64,000 nt of DNA from Methanothermococcus sp. Ax23. Its GTDB lineage: Archaea > AGJL01 > Methanococci > Methanococcales > Methanococcaceae. A program made the position numbers and the translations under genes. Shown here in pieces: positions 53,229-64,000 of the stretch (its first letter is position 1; each line of letters opens with the position of its first letter). The DNA lies in NCBI RefSeq assembly GCF_049075655.1, contig NZ_CP157522.1, forward strand, positions 352,001-416,000. Direction: 5' to 3'. A model generated the notes under the pieces. It had not been told where the DNA came from. It ran no database searches and saw only the letters and a list, made by a program, of their open reading frames with translations.

Positions 53229-55895
53229 TTATTCATATTTTGATTTAACCTTTGTAAATATTTTATCCAAATCCACAGCTTTTCCATGGTCTGCTTTGGA
53301 TGGGTCCACATAATCCTCTCCATAAGCGAACTGAACAATGAGTCCTTTTGAATCTCTTACGGTACCATCATATTCTGCTTTTAAGTCTTGAAGAGCATTA
53401 ACGAGTCTTCTCTGCATATATCCTGACTGTGCAGTTCTGACCGCCTGGTCGACAAGCCCTTCTCTTCCCCCCATAGCGTGGAAGAAGTATTCTGTTGGTG
53501 AAAGACCTTTCTTATAACAGCTTCTAACGAAACCGTGTGATTTTGCAGATAAACTACCTTTTTCAAAGTGTGGAAGTGTTCTTCCTCTATAACCTCTGAA
53601 AACCCTGCCACCCCTGACAGCCTGCTGACCGACACATCCTGCCATCATTGTAATGTTCAACAATGAACCTCTTGCACCGGTCCTTGCCATCACTGCGGCA
53701 TGGTTATCTTCACCTAAATACCTCTCTGCAATCTTACCTGCTTCATCCCTTGCTTTACCAAGTATCTGCATAATATAAGCTTCCCTTGATTCTTCTAATC
53801 CTCTACCTGGCAGCGGTTCAAGAGTTCCCTCTTCATACTGTTTGATAATCTCTTCAACCTGCTCCTCTGCCTTGTCCAGTGATTTTTGAATCTCTTCAAT
53901 TGCCTCTTCTGGAATATCCTCATCATCGATACCTGTGGTGAATCCTTTTATCATCATTGCTCTGATGGACATTTTAGTTGCAGCATCCAAGAATTTTCTT
54001 GCCTCTTCTGAACCAAATTCCTTAACTATCATGTTTAATATAATTCCTGCCTCAGAACCGTATCCGTTTTTATCAACGACCCCTTTAATTAACTTACCAT
54101 TTTTGATGATTACATAGGCATCATAAGGGCAGTTTTCTTCCAGACATTCATCACACTTTTTACAGATTTTTGCCCTATATCTTAAATTCAAATCATTTGG
54201 TAGTGTCCTACTGAATAGATTTTTTCCACTGTATAATTCCTTATCATCTTCAACAATATCAGGTTCTCCTAAATCATCTTTAAGACCTGAACCTCTCAAT
54301 ATAATAGATGCCTCATCCTTTGTAAAGTAGGAGCTCGTCAATACATAAGCACCTGAGATGAAATCGTGAATTGCACCAATGATAGGTCCACCATATCTTG
54401 GAGATACTATGTGTTTTTCTACAAGCATTAGAGTTTCAGCCTCTGCCCTGGCTTCTTCTAACTGAGGAACGTGGAGGTTCATTTCGTCCCCATCGAAGTC
54501 AGCGTTATATGGGGGACAAACGCACAGGTTGTGCCTGAATGTTCTATATGGCAAAACTTTAACTTTATGTGCCATGATTGACATCCTGTGAAGTGAAGGT
54601 TGCCTGTTGTAAAGAACAATATCTCCGTCCATCAAATGCCTTTCAACAATCATTCCTTCTTCAATTTTATCAATCCAGACTTCTTTATTTTTATCAGTTA
54701 TTTTTATCTTTAATTCATCTTCCTTTCCATCCCTCGTCCTTACCTTTTTTATAAGATAATTTACACCCGGATGTTTTTCTGAACCATTTTTAAGGAGCTC
54801 CTTTATTTTGCCAATATTGTATCTTGTAACCTTTTCTGGAACTGTTAATTCCCTTGCAATTTTTTCTGGAACTCCAACTTCATTTATACTTAAACATGGG
54901 TCTGGCGAAATAACGGTCCTTGCAGAGAAATTAACCCTTTTACCAGCGAGATTATGCCTAAATCTTCCTTCTTTACCTTTTAACCTCTGTGCAATTGTCC
55001 TAAGAGGTCTTCCGCTTCTGTGTCTTGCAGGAGGCGTTCCCGGTGCTTCGTTGTCAAAGTATGTGTTTATGTGATATTGCAACAAATCCCAAAGGTCTTC
55101 TATGATTAAGTTCGGAGCTCCTCCTTCAATATTTTCCTCCAACCTTTGATTGATTCTAATAATATCCACTAATTTATGGGTTAAGTCATCTTCACTTCTT
55201 TCCCCGCTTTCAAGGGTAATGGATGGTCTTACAGTAACTGGCGGCACAGGAAGAACTGTTAAAATCATCCATTCTGGTCTTGCAACTTCTGGATTTATTC
55301 CCAATAATGTGCAATCCTCATTAGGTATTTTTTCAAGAATTTCCCTAACTTCTGAAGATGTAATCTGTCTTTGAGCTTTTCCATCTATTTGGTAGTAGGT
55401 TGTTGGTTTAGAGTATTTAACATCATATTTAACCTCACCGCAGTATGGGCATATATCTTTTCCTGCGGCTTCTTTTAAAATTTCATCAGCCAATGCCCAT
55501 TTATCTCCACCTTCTTCTTCCAATTTTTTCATCTTTTCAAGATAATCTGCCCTTTTTGTTTCATTTATGGCAACTTTTCCACAGTGCGGACATACTGCCT
55601 TTAAAATCTTATAGATATCCTTTGCAAATCCTATATGGACCACAGGTTTTGAGAGCTCGATATGTCCAAAATGCCCAGGACAGCTACCGACCCTACCACC
55701 GCATGTTTTACAAACTAATCCAGGGTCTATCACACCCAATCTTGTGTCCATCAATCCGCCATCAATTGGATAACCGTCATCATCATAGGTATCTGCTGTT
55801 ACGATTTTTGCAACAGATATTTTTCTAATATACTCAGGAGATAACAACCCAAATACAATCTCTCCAATTTCCTTTGGAACATCAAATTTATCCAT
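53229..55895 (-). CDS. rpoA1: RNA polymerase subunit A'
   Basis: CPGHFGHI, YNADFDGDEMN catalytic motif, TAQSGYMQRRL; no intein. Confidence 0.98.
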   Translation of the reverse strand: MDKFDVPKEIGEIVFGLLSPEYIRKISVAKIVTADTYDDDGYPIDGGLMDTRLGVIDPGLVCKTCGGRVGSCPGHFGHIELSKPVVHIGFAKDIYKILKAVCPHCGKVAINETKRADYLEKMKKLEEEGGDKWALADEILKEAAGKDICPYCGEVKYDVKYSKPTTYYQIDGKAQRQITSSEVREILEKIPNEDCTLLGINPEVARPEWMILTVLPVPPVTVRPSITLESGERSEDDLTHKLVDIIRINQRLEENIEGGAPNLIIEDLWDLLQYHINTYFDNEAPGTPPARHRSGRPLRTIAQRLKGKEGRFRHNLAGKRVNFSARTVISPDPCLSINEVGVPEKIARELTVPEKVTRYNIGKIKELLKNGSEKHPGVNYLIKKVRTRDGKEDELKIKITDKNKEVWIDKIEEGMIVERHLMDGDIVLYNRQPSLHRMSIMAHKVKVLPYRTFRHNLCVCPPYNADFDGDEMNLHVPQLEEARAEAETLMLVEKHIVSPRYGGPIIGAIHDFISGAYVLTSSYFTKDEASIILRGSGLKDDLGEPDIVEDDKELYSGKNLFSRTLPNDLNLRYRAKICKKCDECLEENCPYDAYVIIKNGKLIKGVVDKNGYGSEAGIILNMIVKEFGSEEARKFLDAATKMSIRAMMIKGFTTGIDDEDIPEEAIEEIQKSLDKAEEQVEEIIKQYEEGTLEPLPGRGLEESREAYIMQILGKARDEAGKIAERYLGEDNHAAVMARTGARGSLLNITMMAGCVGQQAVRGGRVFRGYRGRTLPHFEKGSLSAKSHGFVRSCYKKGLSPTEYFFHAMGGREGLVDQAVRTAQSGYMQRRLVNALQDLKAEYDGTVRDSKGLIVQFAYGEDYVDPSKADHGKAVDLDKIFTKVKSKYE

Positions 55896-56013
55896 GCAAT
55901 TTCACCCATTAGTATAAATTATTGGCGTTTTAGTGTATATAATAAATATTATGGTAAATATGACAAAAATATAAAATAAAAATATAAATAAAATTTTTTA
56001 TAATCAACGGCAA

Positions 56014-57858
56014 TTATGCCCTATCTTTTAGCTCTAATTTTGGATTGATACCCATACTTCTGAGCTCATCAAGCAATAGTTTAAATGCATAAGGAAGTTT
56101 AACCGGTGGTATCTTTCTATCACTTTGAATGTCTTCGGTTTCTCCACAAACTGGACAGTATTTAATACCTCTTTTATGGTCGTATATTGCAACTTCCCCA
56201 CATTTTGAACATATATAGCATTCGTAAGGGTCGGATTCATCAAACAGCCTTTCTTTCAACAACAATGCTGCACCATGCCCGATAAGAACATCTCTTTCCA
56301 TTTCCCCGAATCTTAAACCACCTTCTCTTGCCCTACCTTCTGTTGGCTGTCTTGTGAGCACCTGTATAGGACCTCTACTTCTTGCATGTATCTTCCCTGC
56401 AACCAAGTGGTGCAACTTCTGGTAGTATGCAATTCCAACGAATATTTCGCATTCCAATTTCTTTCCAGTTTTTCCATCATACATTACTTCTTTACCGTGA
56501 TGCTTAAAGCCGTATTTTTCAAATGTTCTTCTTAAATCCCATTCTTTTTCTCCGCTGAATATCGTTCCATCTACCCTTCTACACTCCATTGCCCCTACTT
56601 TACCACCAATCATCTCTAAAACCTGACCAATGGTCATCCTTGATGGAATTGCGTGAGGGTTGATAATTAAATCTGGAAATACTCCATTTTCTGTAAATGG
56701 CATGTCTTCCTGAGGGACTATAAGACCTATAACCCCCTTCTGACCGTGCCTTGAAGCAAATTTGTCTCCCAATTCTGGTATCCTCAAATCCCTTACTCTA
56801 ATTTTTGCCAGTCTGTTTCCTTCTTTTGTTTCTGACAGAATAACTGCATCTACAATACCTCCCTCTCCATGTCTTACAGTGACGGAGGTGTCCCTTCTCT
56901 GAGATTTTGTTCTTAAAGATATATCCTGTTCCTCCAAAAATCTCGGTGGTGAGGTTTTACCTATGATTACATCCCCTGATTTTACTTCGGATTCTACCTC
57001 TACGATACCATCGTCCCCTAAATTCCTATAAGCATCTTCTGCCCTATATCCTCTAACTCCCTGTTCTGGAACTTCAAATCTATCGAGTTGCCCACCAGGG
57101 TATCTCTTTTCAAAACCTTCATAACTTCTAAAAAAGCTACTTCTACCAAGACCTCTTTCAATGGATGCCTTGTTGATTATAAAAGCATCCTCCATATTAT
57201 AACCTTCATAACTCATTACAGCTACAACAAAATTCTGTCCAGCCGGTCTTTTATCAAATCCAAGTATTTCTTGGTGTTTTGTCCTTACAATTGGAACATG
57301 AGGATAGTGGAGAAGATGCCCTTTTGTATCCATCCTTAATTTTAAGTTCGACATTGGAATACCAAGGGACTGTTTCCCCATCGCCGCTGCCATTGTAATC
57401 CTTGGAGCAGAGTTGTGTTCTGGATATGGAGCAACCCCTGCACCAATACCTAATATAGACATAGGGTCAATTTCCAAATGAGTATGATTTTCATTTAATT
57501 CCTTTTCATAAACTGCAATATACGCATTTTCCTCTTCTTCTGCATCCAAATATTCAATAACTCCTTCATTAACTAAATCTGAGAAAGTAATTTCTCCATT
57601 CCTCAACTTCTCAATATGTTCTTCTGTTAATTTTGGTTTTCCATTTTCAACCACTATCAACGGTCTTATGGCTCTACCTGCGTCTGTTGATATGTGAATA
57701 TCGTTGCTCTCCTCATTATAGGATATCGAAGTATATGGTGAGAGCTCCCCATTTCTTCTTTTTTCCCTTAAATATTTTACAAATTCCTCAGGATTATCTA
57801 CTGAACCTACCAATTTTCCATTAACATACAAATTTGTCTGTTTTTCCAAGGTTTTCAC
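56014..57858 (-). CDS. rpoB1: RNA polymerase subunit B'
   Basis: [30 protein letters not shown]. Confidence 0.97.
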   Translation of the reverse strand: MKTLEKQTNLYVNGKLVGSVDNPEEFVKYLREKRRNGELSPYTSISYNEESNDIHISTDAGRAIRPLIVVENGKPKLTEEHIEKLRNGEITFSDLVNEGVIEYLDAEEEENAYIAVYEKELNENHTHLEIDPMSILGIGAGVAPYPEHNSAPRITMAAAMGKQSLGIPMSNLKLRMDTKGHLLHYPHVPIVRTKHQEILGFDKRPAGQNFVVAVMSYEGYNMEDAFIINKASIERGLGRSSFFRSYEGFEKRYPGGQLDRFEVPEQGVRGYRAEDAYRNLGDDGIVEVESEVKSGDVIIGKTSPPRFLEEQDISLRTKSQRRDTSVTVRHGEGGIVDAVILSETKEGNRLAKIRVRDLRIPELGDKFASRHGQKGVIGLIVPQEDMPFTENGVFPDLIINPHAIPSRMTIGQVLEMIGGKVGAMECRRVDGTIFSGEKEWDLRRTFEKYGFKHHGKEVMYDGKTGKKLECEIFVGIAYYQKLHHLVAGKIHARSRGPIQVLTRQPTEGRAREGGLRFGEMERDVLIGHGAALLLKERLFDESDPYECYICSKCGEVAIYDHKRGIKYCPVCGETEDIQSDRKIPPVKLPYAFKLLLDELRSMGINPKLELKDRA

Positions 57859-57966
57859 CTTTTAAATAAAATTTTTAAAGTTATTCTTCTTTTATTATCT
57901 TTATTTTATTATTTTATTTTTATTCTTTTATACTTTATTTTATCTCATATAGCTTATTTCGTTTAA

Positions 57967-59484
57967 TTAATACTCATCTTTAACTGATTTTACGAGGCCT
58001 GATTCCTTTAATAAATTTAATATTTTCTCATCATCTTCATCAGTTGTAACCTTACACATCACTGCAATGTTTTTAACAAGACCACAATTTGGACCTTCTG
58101 GTGTTTCTGATGGACAGATTTTTCCCCACTGAGTTGCGTGTAAATCCCTTGCCTCAAAGTGTGGTTGTGACCTTGACAACGGAGATACAAGCCTTCTTAA
58201 CTGGGAAACCGTAGCAAGATAACTTGTTCTATCCAATAACTGACTTACACCAGTTCTACCTCCCACCCAGTTTCCGGTAGCCATTGCATGCCTTATTCTT
58301 TCAGTTAAAACATCACTTCTAACTGCTGCCTGGATTGAAGGGGATTTGTTTCTTATTGCCTGCCTCTCCAATTGATATTTTATATCTTTCATTAATTGGT
58401 TGAATGAATATCTAAATAAATCTTCCATTAAGTCCCCTGCCAATTTCAATCTCTTGTTTGCGTAGTGGTCTTTATCATCCTCTACCCTAAGACCCAAATA
58501 TAATTCAATAGCGTTTTTTGCCATTCTTCCTAAAAATATGCATTTTTCAATTAAATCTTCTTTTTCTACGCCCATGTGTGGCAATAAATAATTACATAAT
58601 ATTGTTTCAGCCCTTTTAAGTCGGTACTCTTTTGGCTGTCCAGGAGCTACTCTTTTTCCAATATATTCCAGTGCATCCTCTCTTGTAATAATATTGTGTT
58701 CTTCTCTGATTTCCAAAATGTTTGCGATTAACTGCATGGTTATTGTTGGGTCTTCGGATATCATTTTAAATATATCACTATCGTTTTCTGCTCCAAGAGC
58801 CTTCATTAAAATTATCAGTGGAATATTTCCTGACATTCCCGGGAATGTTGCATTTAATCTTCCATCTTCATGTCTTTCCACAGTACATAATGCCCTAAAT
58901 CCATGTCTTGTTGAAAATACTTTTGCAATATAAACTGTTTTACCACTCTTCACTACTTTTTCACATAAAATCCTATTTGGAATTAAATCTTCCTGAGCTA
59001 CTACTGCCTTCTCAGAACCATTAACTATAAAATAACCTAATGGGTCTTCCGGGTCTTCACCCATGCTTATTAATTCCTCTCTGGTTTTTCCATATAAGTG
59101 GCATGCCTTTGAACCGAGCATTACAGGGAGCTCCCCTATATATACTTCAACGGTCTCACCAAGTGTTTCTTCGGTACCATCTTCTCCACCAATAATCGGG
59201 GTCATCTCCAAATAAACAGGGGCTGAATAAGATAGATTTCTTATTCTAGCTTCCATAGGAGTTATTTCTTTAACTGAACCGTCTGCTTCCTTATTTATCG
59301 GTTTTCCTACTCTAATCTTTCCAAATTTTACTTTATATCCGCCTTTAACTTCGGTTTCTACAAGACCTACTTCATCAAGTATTTTTTGGATGCTACTTTC
59401 TATAAATTTGTTATATGAGTCTATATGGTGCTTCACCAAACTATTTTCTTTAAAAAATGAATCAACAATTATTCGGGATTCCAT
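57967..59484 (-). CDS. rpoB2: RNA polymerase subunit B''
   Basis: GYFIVNGSE, KRLKLAGDL, CPSETPEGPNCGLVKN. Confidence 0.97.
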   Translation of the reverse strand: MESRIIVDSFFKENSLVKHHIDSYNKFIESSIQKILDEVGLVETEVKGGYKVKFGKIRVGKPINKEADGSVKEITPMEARIRNLSYSAPVYLEMTPIIGGEDGTEETLGETVEVYIGELPVMLGSKACHLYGKTREELISMGEDPEDPLGYFIVNGSEKAVVAQEDLIPNRILCEKVVKSGKTVYIAKVFSTRHGFRALCTVERHEDGRLNATFPGMSGNIPLIILMKALGAENDSDIFKMISEDPTITMQLIANILEIREEHNIITREDALEYIGKRVAPGQPKEYRLKRAETILCNYLLPHMGVEKEDLIEKCIFLGRMAKNAIELYLGLRVEDDKDHYANKRLKLAGDLMEDLFRYSFNQLMKDIKYQLERQAIRNKSPSIQAAVRSDVLTERIRHAMATGNWVGGRTGVSQLLDRTSYLATVSQLRRLVSPLSRSQPHFEARDLHATQWGKICPSETPEGPNCGLVKNIAVMCKVTTDEDDEKILNLLKESGLVKSVKDEY

Positions 59485-59598
59485 ACTTTCCCCCTTGTAT
59501 TAATGTGATTAAAATAATTTAAGATTATTAATTATTAATAATTTAATATATCTATAATGAATTAAAATTGTAAATCGTTTAAAAATAACATATATTCT

Positions 59599-59835
59599 TT
59601 AAATTGTTTTTTTAATGACTAATCTATAATATATACTCTCTTCTGCGGTGGGGCTTTTTCTAGTTATTTTAACAACGTCACCAGCTTTTGCCCCAATTTC
59701 TTCAATAACTGGGTCGGTATCAAATATTTTCGGTAGTTGCTGTAGTTTTATACCATATTTTTCAAGTAATTTTGGAATTTCTTCTTTTGGTATAACTTCA
59801 TGTTTAGGAACCATTTGGTGTGATGACACTTTCAC
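59599..59835 (-). CDS. rpoH: RNA polymerase subunit H
   Basis: [23 protein letters not shown]. Confidence 0.95.
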   Translation of the reverse strand: MKVSSHQMVPKHEVIPKEEIPKLLEKYGIKLQQLPKIFDTDPVIEEIGAKAGDVVKITRKSPTAEESIYYRLVIKKTI

Positions 59836-60122
59836 AATATGGCCTCCGTAGATTTAAAATAGAATAAACTTATCATGTGCATCATACAAAATAATTCCTA
59901 CTACTATTTATTTTTTTCGCTTAATTGCAATTCCTAAAAAAAATTTTTAATAAAAAATATGATAAACATATAATAGGAATATAATAAGAATACAATATAC
60001 TGCCATAATCATTGATAATTATCTTTACTTAAATTCTTTATATTTAATTAATTGTATCCAATATATTTATATATTAGGTTGTTAATAAGCTATAAAAATA
60101 AATTCATAAGGATGATGATATT

Positions 60123-61661
60123 ATGAAAACTATCAAAGAAATTAATGAAAAGATAAAAAACGGAGAAGCTGTGGTAGTGACTTCCGAAGAAATGATTAAA
60201 ATTGTAGATGAAGTCGGTGCAAAAAATGCAGCGAAAGAAGTGGATGTAGTTACAACAGGAACTTTCGGAGCTATGTGTTCTAGTGGAGTATTTTTAAACT
60301 TTGGACATTCAGACCCCCCAATAAAAATGATAAAAACATATTTAAATGGTGTAGAAGCATATTCTGGGCTTGCCGCAGTAGATGCCTATTTAGGAGCTAC
60401 CCAGCCAAATTCAGATGATGATATAGATATTGATTATGGCGGAGCTCATGTGATAGAGGACTTGGTGGCAGGTAAAGAGATTGAGCTCATTGCGGAAGGA
60501 TATACAACAGACTGCTATCCTAGAAAAAGGGTATCTACTACAATAACAATAGATGATTTAAATCAGGCCATACTTCTTAATCCAAGAAACTGCTACCAAA
60601 CCTATGCAGCAGCAACAAACAGCAGGGACGAAAAGATATATACCTACATGGGAACTCTCCTCCCAGAATTTGGAAATATAAACTACTCAGGGGCTGGACA
60701 GTTAAATCCACTTCAAAACGATTATAACAAGGCGACCAAGTCATACAATACCATAGGTATTGGAACGAGAATATTCCTAGGTGGCGGAATTGGATATATA
60801 GTGGGCGAAGGTACCCAGCACAATCCAGACACCGCATTTGGAACATTTATGGTGAAAGGAGATTTAAAAACAATGAACAGCGAATATCTCAGAGGAGCCA
60901 CAATTCCAAAATATGGAAGCACATTATTTGTAGGCATTGGAGTTCCAATTCCTGTTTTAAATGAAGATATTGCAAAAGCATGTGCCATAAGGGATGAAGA
61001 TATTGAAGTTCCAATAGTTGATTATGGAGTTCCAAGAAGGGAACGACCTATTGTAGCAAAAACCAACTATAAAGAATTAAGAAAGGGGGAGCTCACCCTT
61101 GAATTAAATGGTAATGGAACTAAAAAAATCGAAAAGACCATAAAAACTGCGCCCGTATCTAGCTATAAAAAATCTAGGGAAGTTGCAGAGGAACTTAAAA
61201 ATTGGATATTAAATGGAGAATTTTTATTAACTGAGAGAGTCGATGTTTTCGGAAAAGGTTCTGCCAAACCAATGAAAGCAAAGGCGAAACTTGTGGGAGA
61301 TATCATAAGCAAACCTCCAATTGTGGGAAAATCTGACATAACAATTGATGAAGCTTCAAAAATATTAATTGAAAATGATATTAACCACCTGCCAATCGTC
61401 GATGAGAATAATATATTAATAGGTATTTTAACCTCATGGGACATAGCAAGGGCAGTAGCGCAGAATAAAAAATCAATATCCGAAATAATGACAAGACACA
61501 TTATCAGTTCAACAGTTGATGAACCAATCGATGTTGTGGCAAGGAAAATGAGTAGAAACAATATATCTGGCGTTCCAGTCGTGGATAAAAACGGCAAGGT
61601 TTTGGGTGTAGTAACCGCAGAAGACCTATCAAAGCTCATAGGGATGAGAATGAAGATATAA
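60123..61661 (+). CDS. Homocysteine biosynthesis protein (DUF39 plus CBS pair; aspartate semialdehyde sulfurtransferase)
   Basis: VDVVTTGTFGAMCSSG, NPRNCYQ, two C-terminal CBS domains; paired with a NIL-ferredoxin gene. Confidence 0.88.
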   Translation: MKTIKEINEKIKNGEAVVVTSEEMIKIVDEVGAKNAAKEVDVVTTGTFGAMCSSGVFLNFGHSDPPIKMIKTYLNGVEAYSGLAAVDAYLGATQPNSDDDIDIDYGGAHVIEDLVAGKEIELIAEGYTTDCYPRKRVSTTITIDDLNQAILLNPRNCYQTYAAATNSRDEKIYTYMGTLLPEFGNINYSGAGQLNPLQNDYNKATKSYNTIGIGTRIFLGGGIGYIVGEGTQHNPDTAFGTFMVKGDLKTMNSEYLRGATIPKYGSTLFVGIGVPIPVLNEDIAKACAIRDEDIEVPIVDYGVPRRERPIVAKTNYKELRKGELTLELNGNGTKKIEKTIKTAPVSSYKKSREVAEELKNWILNGEFLLTERVDVFGKGSAKPMKAKAKLVGDIISKPPIVGKSDITIDEASKILIENDINHLPIVDENNILIGILTSWDIARAVAQNKKSISEIMTRHIISSTVDEPIDVVARKMSRNNISGVPVVDKNGKVLGVVTAEDLSKLIGMRMKI

Positions 61662-61707
61662 TTTAATTAATTTCATATTTTATTATTTATTATATATTGG
61701 TGGTATT

Positions 61708-62106
61708 ATGAAAAAAAGGATATACTACTGGGTAGCCGAGGAATTTATAAACAAACCCATAATCTCAGAAGTGGTATTAAAAACAAAAATTATGGTAAAT
61801 ATACTAATGGCAAAAATAAAACCGCAGGAAAGCTTTTTAATGCTTGAACTAAAAGGAGACGAAAAGCAATTAAACGATGCTTTGGAAATCTTAACAACGT
61901 ATGGGGAAGTTGAAGATATCCCTAAAATAATACAAAAAAATGATGATAAGTGCATAGATTGTGGAGCCTGTTTAGTTCATTGTCCTGTTAAGGCAATAAC
62001 CATGGATGATGATTTCAAAATAGTATTTGATGAGAATGAATGTATTGGATGTAAGAATTGTGTCAAAGTCTGTCCCGTTAAAGCGATAGATGTCTTCGAT
62101 TTATAA
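61708..62106 (+). CDS. NIL-domain 2x[4Fe-4S] ferredoxin (partner of the DUF39 enzyme)
   Basis: VNILMAKI NIL motif; CIDCGACLVHCP and CIGCKNCVKVCP. Confidence 0.88.
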   Translation: MKKRIYYWVAEEFINKPIISEVVLKTKIMVNILMAKIKPQESFLMLELKGDEKQLNDALEILTTYGEVEDIPKIIQKNDDKCIDCGACLVHCPVKAITMDDDFKIVFDENECIGCKNCVKVCPVKAIDVFDL

Positions 62107-62241
62107 TTTATAATTTAATAATTCAATTTAAATTTTGATATTTAATAAAAATAAAATAAAATATTCTATTTTTTAAGAATAAATCATCATATTGCATATT
62201 ATCCGGCAATCTCTTGCAACATAAACTTTTTTGGTGATATT

Positions 62242-63162
62242 ATGAAATGCAGCATTTGTAAAAAAAACATAACTATCTATCATCAACGCCATTCTGGCTT
62301 AAACTTCTGTAAGGAGTGTTTTATAAGCTATGTAAAAAAGAAAGTTAGAAAAACTCTTGGTAAGAATATAATAAAGCAGAACATCAAAATAGGTATGGGA
62401 TTAAGCGGTGGAAAAGACAGTTTAGTAATGGCACATATCTTAAACGAATTTTACAAGCCAATACCTAACTCAAATATAGTTGGTCTTATCGTTGATGAAG
62501 GTATTGAAGGGTTTAGAAGGGATGGAATAGATGCAGCAATTAAATTTTGTGAAGAATACAACATAGAGTATAAAATAGCAACCTTTGAAGACCATATTGG
62601 GTATAATTTAGATGAAATTGTCAAAATAGCGAAAGATAAAAACCTTACAATGAACCCATGTTCATTCTGTGGAGTGATTAGAAGAAAAATATTGAATAAA
62701 ATGGCATTAAATGAAAAATGCAGCTATTTGGCAATAGGTCATAATTTAGATGATATATCCCAGGCTGTAATGATGAACTACATTGAGGGAGATATTAAAA
62801 AATTGGCAATTTTGGGGAAAAATGTAGATAATCCAATGTTTGTTAAAAGAATAAAGCCATTAAAAAACATTCCAGAAGATGAAGTTTTATTATTTGCTGA
62901 TTTGCTTGGAATGAAATATCATAAAGCACCCTGTCCATATTCCTCAATTTCATATAGGGCAGAGGTATCTGATATAGTTGATAAACTTGAAGAAAACCAT
63001 CCCGGAGCAAAATACTCCATTGTTTCAGGTTTTGAAAAACTTTTAGAATATTTGCCTGTTGAGAAGGAAATGAATGTATGTAAATACTGTAAAGACCCAT
63101 CAGCTTCTGAAATATGTAAAGTTTGCATGTTTTTAGAAAAGTTGGGCATACTTGACGTTTAA
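62242..63162 (+). CDS. ncsA: tRNA 2-thiolation protein (NcsA/TtuA family)
   Basis: SGGKDS PP-loop, CSFCGVIRR, GHNLDD, CPY, terminal Zn fingers. Confidence 0.82.
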   Translation: MKCSICKKNITIYHQRHSGLNFCKECFISYVKKKVRKTLGKNIIKQNIKIGMGLSGGKDSLVMAHILNEFYKPIPNSNIVGLIVDEGIEGFRRDGIDAAIKFCEEYNIEYKIATFEDHIGYNLDEIVKIAKDKNLTMNPCSFCGVIRRKILNKMALNEKCSYLAIGHNLDDISQAVMMNYIEGDIKKLAILGKNVDNPMFVKRIKPLKNIPEDEVLLFADLLGMKYHKAPCPYSSISYRAEVSDIVDKLEENHPGAKYSIVSGFEKLLEYLPVEKEMNVCKYCKDPSASEICKVCMFLEKLGILDV

Positions 63163-63273
63163 TCATATATATACATTAGTTTATTATTTAATTTTTTATA
63201 TGCTAATATCAAATACTCCTTATAGGGCATTATATAATTTTAGTTAATGATTATTTTGCTTATTTATTTTTAC

Positions 63274-63595
63274 GATAAACCGCCGGGAAAGCCAACGACT
63301 TCAGTCGTTATACAAAACATAGTTTTGTAAAATCTCTTACGAGATTGGATGAGAGGCGGACATTATATCGGCTAGTAAGTAGTAAAATATAAATATGTGA
63401 AGATTAGTAGTAAGTAACGCTACCAGTCCAAGTATCTATGGGTAGGGTTAGTGAAAACTCTACCGCTGGTAGTGGTTGGAAGTGCATAGCGTAGCCCTGA
63501 ACCCATTAATGGGTAGGGATAGTGGGCTTGGCCACCCGTGTAGGGTTAAACCCTACTAAAAGAACCCAACGAGTTCACTCGTTGGAGTAGGTCAG
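63274..63595 (+). mobile_element. Non-autonomous IS200/IS605 MITE, copy C, inserted in the 3' end of thiI
   Basis: TTAC|GATAAACCGCCGGGAAAG-hairpin ... GAAC-hairpin-AGTAGGTCAG|; reverse complement of copies A and B. Confidence 0.88.
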
Positions 63596-64000
63596 TGCTT
63601 AACATTTCCTCAATCCTTTCAATCTCTTCAATATCTGCATTGGTGATGGGATATTTTGGAACTGCAAAGCATTTTATTTCCTTGCTTGTTGATATTCCAT
63701 AGGTGCCAATTTCTTTTGCGATATTGATGATTTCGTTTTTATCCATTCCAATAAGTGGCCTTAATATAGGGTATGTTATTCCATTGCTTATTACAGATAT
63801 GTTTTTCAATGTTTGAGATGCAACCTGTCCTAAATTATCTCCATTTACAATAGCTTCACATTTTAGTTCTTCCGCATATTTTTCGGCAATTTTAAGCATG
63901 GTTTTTTTACAGAATATGCATATGTATTTTTCCTTTCCAATATCCTCTAAATTGCTTTTTATATTTTGTAATTCCTCTTTGTAATCCTTAACTATAAGTT
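63546..64000 (-). CDS. thiI: tRNA 4-thiouridine synthase ThiI, 3' part (partial; last 16 aa MITE-derived)
   Basis: YICIFCKKTM, GDNLGQVASQT, ILRPLIGMDK, GTYGIS. Confidence 0.9.
   Translation of the reverse strand, partial: LIVKDYKEELQNIKSNLEDIGKEKYICIFCKKTMLKIAEKYAEELKCEAIVNGDNLGQVASQTLKNISVISNGITYPILRPLIGMDKNEIINIAKEIGTYGISTSKEIKCFAVPKYPITNADIEEIERIEEMLSTDLLQRVNSLGSFSRV

Overview
AT-rich archaeal chromosome segment. Gene content and order point to a Methanococcales methanogen (Methanothermococcus/Methanococcus-like; inferred). Core genes include hisS, purA, pcn-GINS-rpl44e-rps27e, selD (in-frame UGA plus 3' SECIS), selB, mvk, ycaO, fsr, the rpoH-B''-B'-A'-A''-L30e-nusA-S12-S7-EF2-EF1a-S10 cluster, and sulfur-relay genes. 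A layered mobilome of hairpin elements is superimposed. (1) An intact IS200/IS605 tnpB element splits a CGGC-domain gene. (2) Three ORF-less IS200/IS605 MITEs appear to carry only a promoter and an omegaRNA-like structured RNA; two flank a gamma carbonic anhydrase gene and one rewrites the thiI C-terminus. (3) Tiny 24-57 nt hairpin modules occur inside IS ends, between genes, as a mosaic array, and apparently in frame inside three nearby enzyme genes. (4) Orphan GC-rich ncRNA-like islands are present. The palindrome GAGCTC occurs about 70 times by hand count, far above expectation, like a HIP1-type iterated palindrome. A restriction-modification-like cassette lies between hisS and the phosphomannomutase gene. 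No CRISPR array, tRNA or rRNA was seen.
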